A stretch of 42,374 nt of DNA from NCBI GenBank assembly GCA_051747665.1, contig JBNJGK010000006.1, positions 1 to 42,374 on the forward strand, given 5' to 3'. Source of the DNA: Bacteroidota bacterium. Lineage in GTDB: Bacteria; Bacteroidota; Bacteroidia; Bacteroidales; JAIPAH01. Below are positions 17,822 through 28,151 of the stretch, piece after piece (position 1 is the stretch's first letter; the number at the start of each line of letters is the position of its first letter). The notes beneath the pieces are model-generated. The model was not told the DNA's origin, made no database searches, and saw only the letters and a program-made list of their open reading frames with translations. A program made the position numbers and the translations under genes.

Positions 17822-19465
17822 ATGGTGCGAATCTTTACCTATACATTGATTCTGCTTTGCATTTTTATGGTTAGTACTTCCCGAATGCTACTTGCCCAGG
17901 ATGTCAAAAACCGCTATGATCGCTCGGCGCTTACGGTGATTTTTACTCAATATGGTTCAGATCATGAGCGCGGCTTCCGTAATGCGCTTCAAGAAGGAGA
18001 TGCTTTCATCCCGGAAAGGTTTTTTGATAACAAAACCAGGATAGTGCGTTTATCTGGCACTCAAAAGTCGAATGCAGCTAAAACGCAGGCATTGGATGCT
18101 TACTTTTCAGAAGTGAACCAGGGAAATAAGATTGTAGCTCAATGGTTTGGGTTCGATCCCGCAAGAGGCTTTGATTTAAAAACCATTTTTGAAAGAGCAG
18201 AGTACAATGCCACGGATGAAGAAATACTCGTGTCAGAAGCCAGTAAGCGTGGTAAAGCCCGCATTCGTGATTTTGGTCAGCAATTGGTGCAAAATTCCTA
18301 TGTTTTAGTGATTGATATGTACCAAATCAATAAAGAAATTCAGGAAAATGAAAATGATCCTTACGGGTGGAGCGGAAATTTCAATTATTACCTTTATAAA
18401 CTTCAATTTGGGGAGGAGGAAATCAGTAAGCTCTATAATCTTTGGGTTTATCCTGATGATGCTGACAGCCTGAAAAAACAAAAGATTAAGGCATTCCAGG
18501 AACGCTCATTCCCATTGAATCATGTAGAAACCAAGAAGTGGCTTTCTGCTTCAGGAATGAACTATTTTGCAGCCTTGGATAATGAAGTTTCTTATAATGA
18601 GCTATTCAGGAAACTTCTGCAAAACAGTGTCGATAAGGCCTTGGATGATATAGCTATAAATTTACCGAAATTTCAGGTGCAGGCCAAAATGAGTTCCAGC
18701 CGTCCTCTGAAAGCAAAAATTGGTAAAAAGGAAAGCTTAAAAACCGATCATCGCTATTTTGTTTATGAATATGTTTGGGATGAGAAGCAAGAGGAGGCCC
18801 TGCCTAAAAGAAAAGCGGTAGTAAGAGCTAAAAGTGTTGTTGATAACCGGCATAAAGCAAGAGGATTGTCAGATGAGTCTTCATTTTACCAGGTTTACGG
18901 CGGAACGATACGTGAGGGAATGACTTTGGTAGAAAAGCGGGATTTGGGCTTGTCGGTGCTGGGAGGTTACTCTTTGCAGGGAATGGAGGATTTCACGCTG
19001 CGTGGATTTTATCGCACTGGTCCCTTTACTGGTGTTCCTTCATTTTACCTTATTGGTGATTTGGCTTTTGATACGGAAAAATATACATTTCAGAATAATG
19101 GCAGGCTAAAAGACGATTACGAGTTTTTCAGCTATAAAGCCGGTTTAGGCAAAGGCTGGCGTATGTTCAGAATCATGGAATTGATGCCTTATGTGCTTTA
19201 TGGTCGCGAAACTGTGGAAATTGAAAACACGGAATATGCTACGGATTTATTAAAAGGCGGATTGTATGGTGGTTTGCATCTTTTGCATAACATAGCGGTG
19301 TATGGCGAGGTTAGCTATACGATGATATTAGGAAAAGGGTTAGAGAAAAATGGCGAGGTTTTTGATGCCATGAATAATGATTGGGGAGAACTGTTTTTGG
19401 ATGAAGAAAACAAGGGGCGTGAAGGAGATATGTCTGTAGAAGTCGGATTACGGATTGATTTTTAA
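17822..19465 (+). CDS. Hypothetical outer-membrane protein: periplasmic N-terminal domains plus a C-terminal beta-barrel
   Basis: Signal peptide; central AKIGKKESL....RYFVYE segment (FlgT-C-like); alternating amphipathic strands in the last ~170 aa ending VEVGLRIDF (BAM-type terminal Phe). Confidence 0.7.
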   Translation: MVRIFTYTLILLCIFMVSTSRMLLAQDVKNRYDRSALTVIFTQYGSDHERGFRNALQEGDAFIPERFFDNKTRIVRLSGTQKSNAAKTQALDAYFSEVNQGNKIVAQWFGFDPARGFDLKTIFERAEYNATDEEILVSEASKRGKARIRDFGQQLVQNSYVLVIDMYQINKEIQENENDPYGWSGNFNYYLYKLQFGEEEISKLYNLWVYPDDADSLKKQKIKAFQERSFPLNHVETKKWLSASGMNYFAALDNEVSYNELFRKLLQNSVDKALDDIAINLPKFQVQAKMSSSRPLKAKIGKKESLKTDHRYFVYEYVWDEKQEEALPKRKAVVRAKSVVDNRHKARGLSDESSFYQVYGGTIREGMTLVEKRDLGLSVLGGYSLQGMEDFTLRGFYRTGPFTGVPSFYLIGDLAFDTEKYTFQNNGRLKDDYEFFSYKAGLGKGWRMFRIMELMPYVLYGRETVEIENTEYATDLLKGGLYGGLHLLHNIAVYGEVSYTMILGKGLEKNGEVFDAMNNDWGELFLDEENKGREGDMSVEVGLRIDF

Positions 19466-19476
19466 AACGATATACT

Positions 19477-19989
19477 ATGAATACACGATTATTCTTTTTG
19501 CTGGCTTTTTTTCTTTCCATGTTTTTTTTGGGATGCAGCTCACAGAAAACCACAAAGGCCATGCTTGAAAGCCCTTACAATTACGAGATTCAAAACCTCG
19601 GAGTAGGAGAGGAGGGCACTAAGCTGGTGAAGATATGGGGATATGATAAAAAAGCCGATCAGGCTGTGATGAAGGCAGAAAGAAATGCCGTAGCCGCAGC
19701 TATTTTCAGGGGCATTCCTGCCGGAAACGGCTCAGCTAAAACACCTCCTTTATGTTCAGAACAGAGCTGCTACGAAAAGCATCAGAAGTTTTACGATGAT
19801 TTTTTAAAACCGGGAGGAAAATATCTGCAGTTTGTGAATCTCACAAACGATGGAATGCCTGGCGGCGCTGACAGGATAAAGATGGAAAAAGGCTATAAAG
19901 TGGCTGTGAAAGCATCGATTGCCTACAGTAACCTGAGGGCATATCTGGAACAGGAAGGCATGATAAAACGATTGGACAGTGGTTTTTAA
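19477..19989 (+). CDS. Hypothetical lipoprotein (LPP20/FlgP-like)
   Basis: Lipobox FLGC; KIWGY...DQAVMKAERNAVAAAIFRGI pattern. Confidence 0.75.
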   Translation: MNTRLFFLLAFFLSMFFLGCSSQKTTKAMLESPYNYEIQNLGVGEEGTKLVKIWGYDKKADQAVMKAERNAVAAAIFRGIPAGNGSAKTPPLCSEQSCYEKHQKFYDDFLKPGGKYLQFVNLTNDGMPGGADRIKMEKGYKVAVKASIAYSNLRAYLEQEGMIKRLDSGF

Positions 19990-19998
19990 AACGAAGAT

Positions 19999-20970
19999 AT
20001 GAAGCGATATTTATTTACAACGTTTTTGTTAATGATGACTTACCTTGCCGGCTTCAGCCAGGCAAAGAAGCCTACTATTATGGTAGTGCCCAGTGATAAT
20101 TATTGTATTGAGCGCGGATATGTTTCTACAATGGAAGTTCAGGGCAAAATTCATCAGTTTCCTGATTATAAGGCAGCTTTGCAGCATGACAATCAGTTGA
20201 GGATGGTAATTACAAAACTGGGTTCGCTTATGGCAGAACGGGGCTTTCCGCTGCAAGACCTTGAGCAGAAGCTTAAAAACCTCGATTCCCGGGAGGCGGA
20301 GCAAATGATGCTTACGTCGGAAATCTCCGGTTCCGGAATATTTGAGAGTCCGGTGGATCGCCTTAAAAGAAAAGCGAATGCCGACATTATCTTGGATATT
20401 GACTTTGATGTAAAAAAGCAAGGCCCTCAAAAGTATATCGTATTCAATTTGCGCGGTTTAGACAGCTATACCGGGAAGCAGATTGCCGGAGCGGCAGGCA
20501 CGGGAAAACCTTCTATGGCGGCTTCAGCAGACCTGCTCATTGAAGAGGCGGTGCTCAGTTATATAGATAAATTTAACGGTCAGCTTATGGGTTTCTTCTC
20601 GGACATGTTTGAAAAAGGCCGCGAAGTTACAATCTACCTTTTTGTATGGGAAGATGCCATGGTTAATTTCCAGGATGAATATGATTTTCAGGGTGTTTAT
20701 GATGAGCTGGGATTTCACCTGGAAGACTGGATGGCAGAAAATACCGTTGAAGGGCGTTTTACTACGTCTGTAGCAACAGACTCTAAAATGACGTTCACGC
20801 AAGTCAGGATTCCACTGTATTTTGAGCGGCGCGGCGTGGAAAGAGCCATGGATACAAGAAGATATGTGAATCAGCTAAGGGGTTTCCTGCGTGATGCGCC
20901 TTTTAATATAGAATCAAAAATTTATCAGCGTGGACTTGGAGAAGCATGGCTGATATTAGGAGATAAATAA
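19999..20970 (+). CDS. DUF6175-family exported protein
   Basis: Signal peptide then QAKKPTIMVVPSD; GFPLQDLE; ADIILDIDF; LRGLDSYTGKQIA (CsgG/TolB-N-like strand pattern); family recognised from memory. Confidence 0.75.
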   Translation: MKRYLFTTFLLMMTYLAGFSQAKKPTIMVVPSDNYCIERGYVSTMEVQGKIHQFPDYKAALQHDNQLRMVITKLGSLMAERGFPLQDLEQKLKNLDSREAEQMMLTSEISGSGIFESPVDRLKRKANADIILDIDFDVKKQGPQKYIVFNLRGLDSYTGKQIAGAAGTGKPSMAASADLLIEEAVLSYIDKFNGQLMGFFSDMFEKGREVTIYLFVWEDAMVNFQDEYDFQGVYDELGFHLEDWMAENTVEGRFTTSVATDSKMTFTQVRIPLYFERRGVERAMDTRRYVNQLRGFLRDAPFNIESKIYQRGLGEAWLILGDK

Positions 20971-20976
20971 CAAACT

Positions 20977-22050
20977 ATGAAAAATACAGGACTTATTTTA
21001 TTGTTGTTAGTCAGCTTCATTAACTTTTCAGCAGCTCAGAACAGCATGATATCTGCTGATGATGAAGACCGGATTGCTGTGGGGATAAAACAACCTTCAG
21101 CGCTTTCGGAAGATATCCCGCAAGGGTCTTATGCTTTGCTTGCCAATCGTTTATCAAAAGCCGCCAGCCTTAACGGACTTGCCGCAGACGGCGAAGGGCA
21201 GGTTTTTAACATGGTACCCTCAGTTGCTGTAGTGGAGAAGTCGGTTTCCGGTTCAGTACCACCTATGATTGCACAAAGCATCGAAGTATCGGTGAAGCTG
21301 GTGGAGTCGCTTAACGGAAATACCTATGAGCAAGCTGACTTTTCAGTTAAGGGAGTGGGCGACACAGAGGAAAAGGCTATGACCGATGCATTCAGGAAAA
21401 TCGATGCCCGTAATCCGCAGCTCAAAGCGTTTTTCAGGAAAGGAAAACAGCGTATCCTGGAATATTACAACGGAAACTGCGATTTAATCCTGGCAGAAGC
21501 CGACGGAATGGTGCATGCGAAACGATATCTTAACGCTTATCACCTTCTGATGTCCACGCCAAAAGCTTCCCGCGAATGTTTTGACAGGTGTATGGAAAAA
21601 ATTGCGGAATTTGGTGATAAGATTCCACCAGAATACCAGCCTGCCGAAGAGGTGGTTGCTGATGAAGAACCCGATAAACCTGTAAGTGCAAATCGCGATA
21701 AGCGTGTGGTTCTGACAAATGGCCTCGAGATTCATTTTGCAAAAGCTGAAAATCTTGGCAAACAAACCATTCTGGAATTTCAAATCATGAATTCAACCGG
21801 GGAAGAACAACTCATAAAAACAGGCCCGCGGTTGATGAAATTGATAAACGGCGAAGGGGAAGAATTTAAACCGCAATCCGTAAGCATCGGTAATAAAAAG
21901 GAAAAATACATTAACATCAATTACACAATTCTTCCTGAAACGCCCACAGTTATGCGTTGCGTTTTCCCGGTTGTATCCTACGCCCGGCAATGGGTTGTTA
22001 CTGCTAATGACAACACGTACAAAATTGACAGATTACCCCTCATAAAATAG
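20977..22050 (+). CDS. Hypothetical exported protein with a C-terminal Ig-like domain
   Basis: Signal peptide; KGVGDTEEKAMTDAF, GKQRILEYYNGNCD; acidic/Pro linker then a beta-rich domain (LEFQIMNSTGE...LINGEGEEF). Confidence 0.75.
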   Translation: MKNTGLILLLLVSFINFSAAQNSMISADDEDRIAVGIKQPSALSEDIPQGSYALLANRLSKAASLNGLAADGEGQVFNMVPSVAVVEKSVSGSVPPMIAQSIEVSVKLVESLNGNTYEQADFSVKGVGDTEEKAMTDAFRKIDARNPQLKAFFRKGKQRILEYYNGNCDLILAEADGMVHAKRYLNAYHLLMSTPKASRECFDRCMEKIAEFGDKIPPEYQPAEEVVADEEPDKPVSANRDKRVVLTNGLEIHFAKAENLGKQTILEFQIMNSTGEEQLIKTGPRLMKLINGEGEEFKPQSVSIGNKKEKYININYTILPETPTVMRCVFPVVSYARQWVVTANDNTYKIDRLPLIK

Positions 22051-22051
22051 C

Positions 22052-23308
22052 ATGAACATGACGAAAATGATATATCCTTTTTTATTGGTTTTTTTAGTAT
22101 TAGCTTTTCCATCTTACGCTCAGTATAAAGTGGTTGAGGAAAGCGGAAAGCGGCCTGATTGGGTTTCCGGTTTGCAGGGTGGGTTTGTTATTGGACTGGG
22201 GTCTGATATGGAAATGGATAAAGCCCGCGATAAAGCCATGAATAACGTGCGTGAGCAGATTACAGAATCTGTGGCAGTACATGTTAGCAGCATTGCTGAA
22301 GATGCCGTTAAAGAAGTGATGGCCGGAGATGAATCCTGGTATTCTTCATCTTTTGAACGTAACACGCAAACTGAAACAGCCCAGCGCGACTATCTGAAAG
22401 GCATTTCTCCCAGCCGTATTGATGAGGTCTATTGGGAAAAACGAAGCTATAAAAAAGACAATACGCAAGAATACTTTTTTGCGGTGAAATATCCGTTCAA
22501 TCAACTGGACTTGCAGGAATTGATAACCGAGTTTGAAAAGAAGGATGCTGAACTTACAAAACTGTTGGAGCACCAGATATCACTTTCTGAGAGTTTCAAA
22601 ACGATTGAAGAATTAGAGCAGTGCGTTTCTTCACTGGAAAAACTGGCTGCTGTATTTCGCGACAGCCGGAAAGAAAAAGCTGAGGTGACACTTGAGAAAT
22701 GCCGAAGCCTGCTTGATGCCGTTTATCTCAAAAAAGAGCAAAGCGAACCCGGGATTTTACGTTATGCCCTTTATGTGGGAGAAAAGAAAGTATCTACGGC
22801 TAAAAAGCCTAAGCTTAAATCCAACTGTGCTACCATTAACAACACCAATTTAGGGTCGTCAACGGTGGCCATAACCTATGATACAGAAAACTGCTATGAT
22901 GAACCCGGAAATCATATTCATGTGATTTACAGTATATACCGGGGCAGAGTTGATAAAAAGTTTTCATTTGGTTCAGAGGCCATAGACTTTGAGCTGGCCC
23001 TTTCCGGGGATTTGCATTATCATTCTGATGAAAACGAGCTTATCCTCACCGTTAGGAACATGCATGACAGCCCTGTTTTGCTGACCAGGTTAGAGCTTGA
23101 TAGTGAAATGGGATGGCATTTTTCTGCGGAGTCGGGAGAAATTATCAGTTCTGAAGGAAACCATAAAATAAATCTGAAATGCCAAAAGCCGCCGGCCGCA
23201 GAAACCAAAAAGGATTTGGTTAGTGGTTACTTGCATTATGCTTCTGAAAATACCGGAGAAAAGAAAACCCTGCGTATATACCGGAAAAAAATGATTGTAG
23301 TCAGGTAA
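22052..23308 (+). CDS. Hypothetical exported protein with an N-terminal LPP20-like domain
   Basis: Signal peptide; KRPDWV, FVIGLG, ARDKAMNNVREQITESVAVHVSS (LPP20-type), helical middle, beta-rich C-terminus; 1 nt from the upstream stop. Confidence 0.7.
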   Translation: MNMTKMIYPFLLVFLVLAFPSYAQYKVVEESGKRPDWVSGLQGGFVIGLGSDMEMDKARDKAMNNVREQITESVAVHVSSIAEDAVKEVMAGDESWYSSSFERNTQTETAQRDYLKGISPSRIDEVYWEKRSYKKDNTQEYFFAVKYPFNQLDLQELITEFEKKDAELTKLLEHQISLSESFKTIEELEQCVSSLEKLAAVFRDSRKEKAEVTLEKCRSLLDAVYLKKEQSEPGILRYALYVGEKKVSTAKKPKLKSNCATINNTNLGSSTVAITYDTENCYDEPGNHIHVIYSIYRGRVDKKFSFGSEAIDFELALSGDLHYHSDENELILTVRNMHDSPVLLTRLELDSEMGWHFSAESGEIISSEGNHKINLKCQKPPAAETKKDLVSGYLHYASENTGEKKTLRIYRKKMIVVR

Positions 23309-23335
23309 GGAGTGAAATTATATTACCCATTTTTT

Positions 23336-23343
23336 TATTTTTG
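23336..23343 (+). promoter_or_regulatory. -7 promoter element for the M1 peptidase
   Basis: TATTTTTG 23 nt before ATG 23367. Confidence 0.55.
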
Positions 23344-23366
23344 ACGGAATTATAAACCGTCAAAAT

Positions 23367-25247
23367 ATGAAAACTCTATTTCGAACCTTGTTTGCTTTTC
23401 TTGCTTTTTCTTTGCTAGCCGGTCAGGCGTATTGTCAGATGTTTATTCCCGGAGAGTTTCGTGATGCCCTTGAAGAGGGTACTCGTTCAATAGATGGAAA
23501 ACCTGGAGAAGCATATTTCCAGAATTATGCTGATTATGTTCTGGATGTGGATTTTAACCCAAGAACCGGACATCTGGATGGAAATGCGGAAATTACATAT
23601 TATAATCTTTCTCCTGATACGTTGAACAGGCTTGTTGTTCGTAACCATATGAATCTGTTTAAAAAGGGAGTACCACGTGATTTTAATGTTGGCGAAGCGG
23701 ATTTACATGACGGCGTTGAAATATCGGATGTGCAAATTGACGGAGAAAAAATTCCTGACAACTATGACAATATCCGCCATAACGGTACTATCATGACTAT
23801 CAGCTTGCCGGAGCCCTTAGCGCCGGGAGAGAAAACAGCGCTAAGCTTAAACTGGGCCTTCCCTTTGCCAAAGGAGGTGTCAATCCGCTATGGCCGATAT
23901 GGAGAAGACAACTGGATGGTAGCCTATTGGTATCCGCAAATTGCGGTTTATGATGATATTTCAGGATGGGATACGCATCCTTTCACCGGTTCGGCTGAGT
24001 TTTATAATGACTTCAATAACTTTGATGTGAGCATCACCGTGCCTGAGGATTATTTGGTTTGGGCCACAGGACTTTTGCAGGATGAAGAAAAGCATTTTAC
24101 CGGCGAAATTCTTGACAGGCTCAGACTGTCGAGAGAATCGGATGATGTGGTACATGTTCTGAAAGAAGAAGATATTAATGAAGGCGGGTTTCTGAAGGAT
24201 CGTCAAAAATGGCGCTATGTTGCTGAATCTGCACCTGATTTTGCATTTGCAGTAAGTCGCTCTTACATTTGGGATGCAACTAGTGTAGAAGTGGAACCCG
24301 GCAGAAGGGTTTGGGTGGATGCCGTTTATAAAACCAACTCTAAGGATTTTCATAAAGTAGCCAGACTTTCCGCTGAGATAATTGATTTGTTTTCTGCGGA
24401 TGTGATTGGGGAACCGTATCCCTATCCGAAAATGACGGCATTTAATGGCTCAGGAGGAATGGAGTTCCCGATGATCATTAATGATGGCGACGCCAGCAGT
24501 CACGAGGGAACTGTACATCTTACAGCTCATGAGATAGGACATACTTACTTCCCCTTTCATGTAATGACCAATGAATCTTTTTATGCCTTTATGGATGAAG
24601 GGCTGGTATCGTTTATCCCAAGAATCGTTAACGGGATTATGCTGGATGATAATAGCCCAATGCGGGGGATTGTACAGTCCTATGCAGCTCAGGCAAGTAC
24701 GTTTCGTCAAGTACCGCTGATGGTGCCCAGCGATATGATTAGCGATTATTCTGCTTACCGCGTTCATGCCTACACGCGTCCGGCCAATGCTTTTTTTGTG
24801 TTGCAGCAAATGCTCGGAGAGGAGCGTTTTAAAGAAGTGATTTTTGAATATATTCAACGCTGGAAAAAGAAACATCCTACTCCATATGATTTTTTTAATA
24901 CTGTAGAAGACTTTACTGGAAAGGATTTATCATGGTTCTGGAATCCCTGGTTTTTTGAAAAAGGATACCCTGATCTTGCTATCCGGAAAGTGAAAAAAGG
25001 AAAGAAAAGTTATGAAGTGCTGATTGAAAAACGAGGAAATTTACCTGTTCCCTTGCAGCTTAAAATAAGATATGAAGATGGAACGGAAGAAACGATAGAG
25101 CGTTCAGCAGAAATCTGGAAAGAAAGTGATGTGTTCAATTATCAAATACCGGAAAATAAAACCATATCATTTATTTACCTTGGCGGGATGAACATCCCGG
25201 ACAGTTATCCGGGAAACAACCTTTTTACTAAAGATAGCGAGGAATAA
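23367..25247 (+). CDS. M1 family zinc aminopeptidase, exported
   Basis: Signal peptide; WYPQIAVYD; GGMEFP exopeptidase motif; HEIGH...MDEG zinc motif; KHPTPYDFF. Confidence 0.92.
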   Translation: MKTLFRTLFAFLAFSLLAGQAYCQMFIPGEFRDALEEGTRSIDGKPGEAYFQNYADYVLDVDFNPRTGHLDGNAEITYYNLSPDTLNRLVVRNHMNLFKKGVPRDFNVGEADLHDGVEISDVQIDGEKIPDNYDNIRHNGTIMTISLPEPLAPGEKTALSLNWAFPLPKEVSIRYGRYGEDNWMVAYWYPQIAVYDDISGWDTHPFTGSAEFYNDFNNFDVSITVPEDYLVWATGLLQDEEKHFTGEILDRLRLSRESDDVVHVLKEEDINEGGFLKDRQKWRYVAESAPDFAFAVSRSYIWDATSVEVEPGRRVWVDAVYKTNSKDFHKVARLSAEIIDLFSADVIGEPYPYPKMTAFNGSGGMEFPMIINDGDASSHEGTVHLTAHEIGHTYFPFHVMTNESFYAFMDEGLVSFIPRIVNGIMLDDNSPMRGIVQSYAAQASTFRQVPLMVPSDMISDYSAYRVHAYTRPANAFFVLQQMLGEERFKEVIFEYIQRWKKKHPTPYDFFNTVEDFTGKDLSWFWNPWFFEKGYPDLAIRKVKKGKKSYEVLIEKRGNLPVPLQLKIRYEDGTEETIERSAEIWKESDVFNYQIPENKTISFIYLGGMNIPDSYPGNNLFTKDSEE

Positions 25248-25259
25248 ATCAGGTAAGCT

Positions 25260-25706
25260 TTAAAAATCGTAATATCTCAAGTGTCTTTTTAAACGGGTTT
25301 TTGTTGGACACCAAATAATGTAAAGTGCTATAGAAAGCACCACATAAATCAGGAAAGAAAAGTCTCCGCTGATCAGCATGGATACCCACGCCAGAAAGGC
25401 AACTACCAGCCAGAGCATCCAGCGTATGCCGGCGGCTTCAGTGTATTCCTCCATTCTTATATTCAGGTTCCTGACTTTTTTTAATTCATTGAGCCTGCCA
25501 TTAAAAGAAACTCGGGTAAGGATAAAGTTGGCGATGACATATAAACTCAAAACCAAATGAAAGCCGGTGCTGATAGTGTGATGAGCAGGGTTAACATACT
25601 GATAGACAATAAAAGCAACAACAACACTTGGCACAACCATAAATGCCATCATTTTGAGATAAGTGTTAAGAATTTTTCTGAAAAAGTAAGTCAGCTTTTC
25701 TTCCAT
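25260..25706 (-). CDS. Hypothetical integral membrane protein (about 4 TM helices)
   Basis: 148-aa ORF with four hydrophobic segments. Confidence 0.7.
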   Translation of the reverse strand: MEEKLTYFFRKILNTYLKMMAFMVVPSVVVAFIVYQYVNPAHHTISTGFHLVLSLYVIANFILTRVSFNGRLNELKKVRNLNIRMEEYTEAAGIRWMLWLVVAFLAWVSMLISGDFSFLIYVVLSIALYIIWCPTKTRLKRHLRYYDF

Positions 25707-25876
25707 TTTTTTTAGCGAAATTATAAAACGGATTTTTATAATTCAATAAGTAGCAGTTATTTAACAAAAAAATAAGAATTGCTAATTTATATTTAACATA
25801 TCCCTTTGTTAATATTTCTTCATAATAATTTTTAATGAGCAATAAACAACAAAAGGAGTTGGAAGTTTTAACAAGT

Positions 25877-28132
25877 ATGAAAAAGAACTTGTTGATTTTG
25901 GTTTTAGCTTTATTTACTGTTGAGCTGGCTTTAGCGCAGACAACAGGATATGTTTATCATGCTAATGATTCAACACCGCTTCGTGGGGTTCATGTTGTAA
26001 CCAATGGCGAGGTGGTTGCCATTACAGATAAGCAGGGTTATTTTCAAGTTGAAGATGTTAACTCTCAGACAATTATTTTCAGGCATGTAGGTTTTCAGAA
26101 TGATACGTTGACGGTGGAAAATAATTCGGGAATTCGTGTTTTCCTTCATTCTATATCCGAAGAGTTGCCTGGTGTTTCGATTACGTCATGGAGCTATTTT
26201 AATGATTATCGTCATCAACTCTCTCATGTAAGTACACTCAGGCCTGAGCAGATCAGTGAATCTTCTGTTGTCAATCCTGTAGAGACGCTTCACCGAAAAT
26301 CCGGAATTGAATTCCAGCGGGGAGCCCGTAATACCCAGAAAATCACAATCCGTGGAGCGGGCGCGCGCAGTATGTATTCCACAACCCGCATTAACGTATT
26401 TTTTAATGGCGTTCCTCTTTCTTCAGCCATGGGCGAAGTTTTTTTAGATGATCTGCTCTGGAATGATATGTCAGATGTAAGCATTATAAAAGGAGCAGTG
26501 CCCCCTGTGTTTGGCTCTGCGGCGGGTGGAGTGATTTTACTTAATAAAAACCAAACCGGGAATAAAAGCAAATTCTCCTCAGGCTTTTCTTCGGGAAGCG
26601 CAGGATCTTTGCATCATTACTATAATGCCCAAATTCAAACAAATCGCATCTCTGCTGATGTGCAGTATCAAAATTTATCGGAAGATGGGTTTCGGGAAAA
26701 TTCCAGCTATCGCGGTGAAAGTGTAAACTCGTTTATTACATTTCGTCTAAATGAAAATCACCGCTTACAATCGTTTACGCTTTTTTCAGATATGAAAGGC
26801 TATATTCCGAGTTCTCTTTCGAAGAACAACTTTCAGAACAATCCATTTGCTGCCGGAGGTAGCTGGGGAGAAACGGGTGGGTACGAAAAGAATATGAATG
26901 TAGTTCAGGGCATCACCTTGCATAGTGCTTATCAGGGCAAGTTATCGCAGGAAACTACGATTTATGGGCTTTATAGAGACGGTAACGAACGACGTCCTTT
27001 CAATACACTTGCTGATAAGCATAGCCGGGCCGGACTAAGAACCGTTTTAACGGCTGAACTGGGTGGCGGTATGCCAGGGCAATGGCTTTGGCAAGCAGGC
27101 GGAATGTATCAATATGGTGATTACAGATGGAAAACCCTGGAAACACTCGAAAACAATCAAACCGGCGAGGTTTTTACTGACCAAAAACAATTAAGACAGG
27201 AAGCGGGAGTATTTTTATTTTCATCTTATAAGCTTGCAAACTGGAAAGCGGAAGCAGGCATTCATGTAAACCGAACGCATTACATAACGGAAAATGCTTT
27301 ACAGCAGGAAAAAGATCAGGAATATGAACCCGGAAGCATCTTTTCTCCCTATTTTTCTCTTGCTTATCAGCCTGTGGATTTCATGTTGCTTTATTTAACC
27401 TCAGGACGAGGCTCTGCTGCGCCAGCTTATGAAGAAGCAATTGATTCTGAAGGAGAGATAAATACGGCTTTGAAGCCTGAAAAATCCTGGAAACATGGAA
27501 TGGGTGCACAGTTCCGGAATGACAGATTTATGATGAAAGCAGAAGCCTTTTTGCATCGGGTTTCAGACCAGCTTATCACCCGCAGGTTAGCCGAAGACCG
27601 TTTTACTAAGGTGAATGCAGGAAAATCACAATTCAGGGGAATTGAAGCTGAAAGCAATGTAGTGTTGCTGCAGAACAGAAACATAGAGCTTGCGTTGCAC
27701 GCAGCGTACACATTTTCCGATTATACATTTTTAGACTTTAAGGAAGAAGGCGCTGACTATTCGGGAAATCAAATTCCTGGTATACCAAGGCACAGAGCTT
27801 TTGCAGGTTTTGATCTAAAACTGGCGGAACACTTCATATTAAAATATTCTTGGTTGTTCTCCGGAAAATTTCCTTTGAATGATGAAAATGACATTTTTTA
27901 CGGTGGACATAATCGTATGAATATGGAGTTAAACTATCAGAGAAAAATTGCTGATCAATGGAGCGTTGATGGTTTTTTGAGGTTTGGGAATATTACCGGT
28001 GAAGAATATGCTGCAATGGTAGTGGTTAACGCTGTAGGATTTGGCGGGGCTTCTCCTCGGTTTTATTATCCAGGCCAACCTGAAAATATTCATGCAGGGC
28101 TTCGTATTAATTATATTTTTAATATATTGTAA
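25877..28132 (+). CDS. TonB-dependent outer-membrane receptor with a carboxypeptidase-regulatory-like N-terminal domain (possibly PqqU/YncD-like)
   Basis: Signal MKKNLLILVLAL...; TDKQGYF, FRHVGF; plug ITIRGAGARS...FNGVP...IIKG...GGVI; LKPEKS; C-terminal aromatic strand; start 25877 preferred over 25835. Confidence 0.88.
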   Translation: MKKNLLILVLALFTVELALAQTTGYVYHANDSTPLRGVHVVTNGEVVAITDKQGYFQVEDVNSQTIIFRHVGFQNDTLTVENNSGIRVFLHSISEELPGVSITSWSYFNDYRHQLSHVSTLRPEQISESSVVNPVETLHRKSGIEFQRGARNTQKITIRGAGARSMYSTTRINVFFNGVPLSSAMGEVFLDDLLWNDMSDVSIIKGAVPPVFGSAAGGVILLNKNQTGNKSKFSSGFSSGSAGSLHHYYNAQIQTNRISADVQYQNLSEDGFRENSSYRGESVNSFITFRLNENHRLQSFTLFSDMKGYIPSSLSKNNFQNNPFAAGGSWGETGGYEKNMNVVQGITLHSAYQGKLSQETTIYGLYRDGNERRPFNTLADKHSRAGLRTVLTAELGGGMPGQWLWQAGGMYQYGDYRWKTLETLENNQTGEVFTDQKQLRQEAGVFLFSSYKLANWKAEAGIHVNRTHYITENALQQEKDQEYEPGSIFSPYFSLAYQPVDFMLLYLTSGRGSAAPAYEEAIDSEGEINTALKPEKSWKHGMGAQFRNDRFMMKAEAFLHRVSDQLITRRLAEDRFTKVNAGKSQFRGIEAESNVVLLQNRNIELALHAAYTFSDYTFLDFKEEGADYSGNQIPGIPRHRAFAGFDLKLAEHFILKYSWLFSGKFPLNDENDIFYGGHNRMNMELNYQRKIADQWSVDGFLRFGNITGEEYAAMVVVNAVGFGGASPRFYYPGQPENIHAGLRINYIFNIL

Positions 28133-28151
28133 AACCTAAACACATAATATT

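Noticed and set aside
25877-28132. SusC-type polysaccharide utilisation locus
   Set aside because: Receptor is short for SusC, lacks SusC signature motifs, and has no SusD or glycoside hydrolase neighbour
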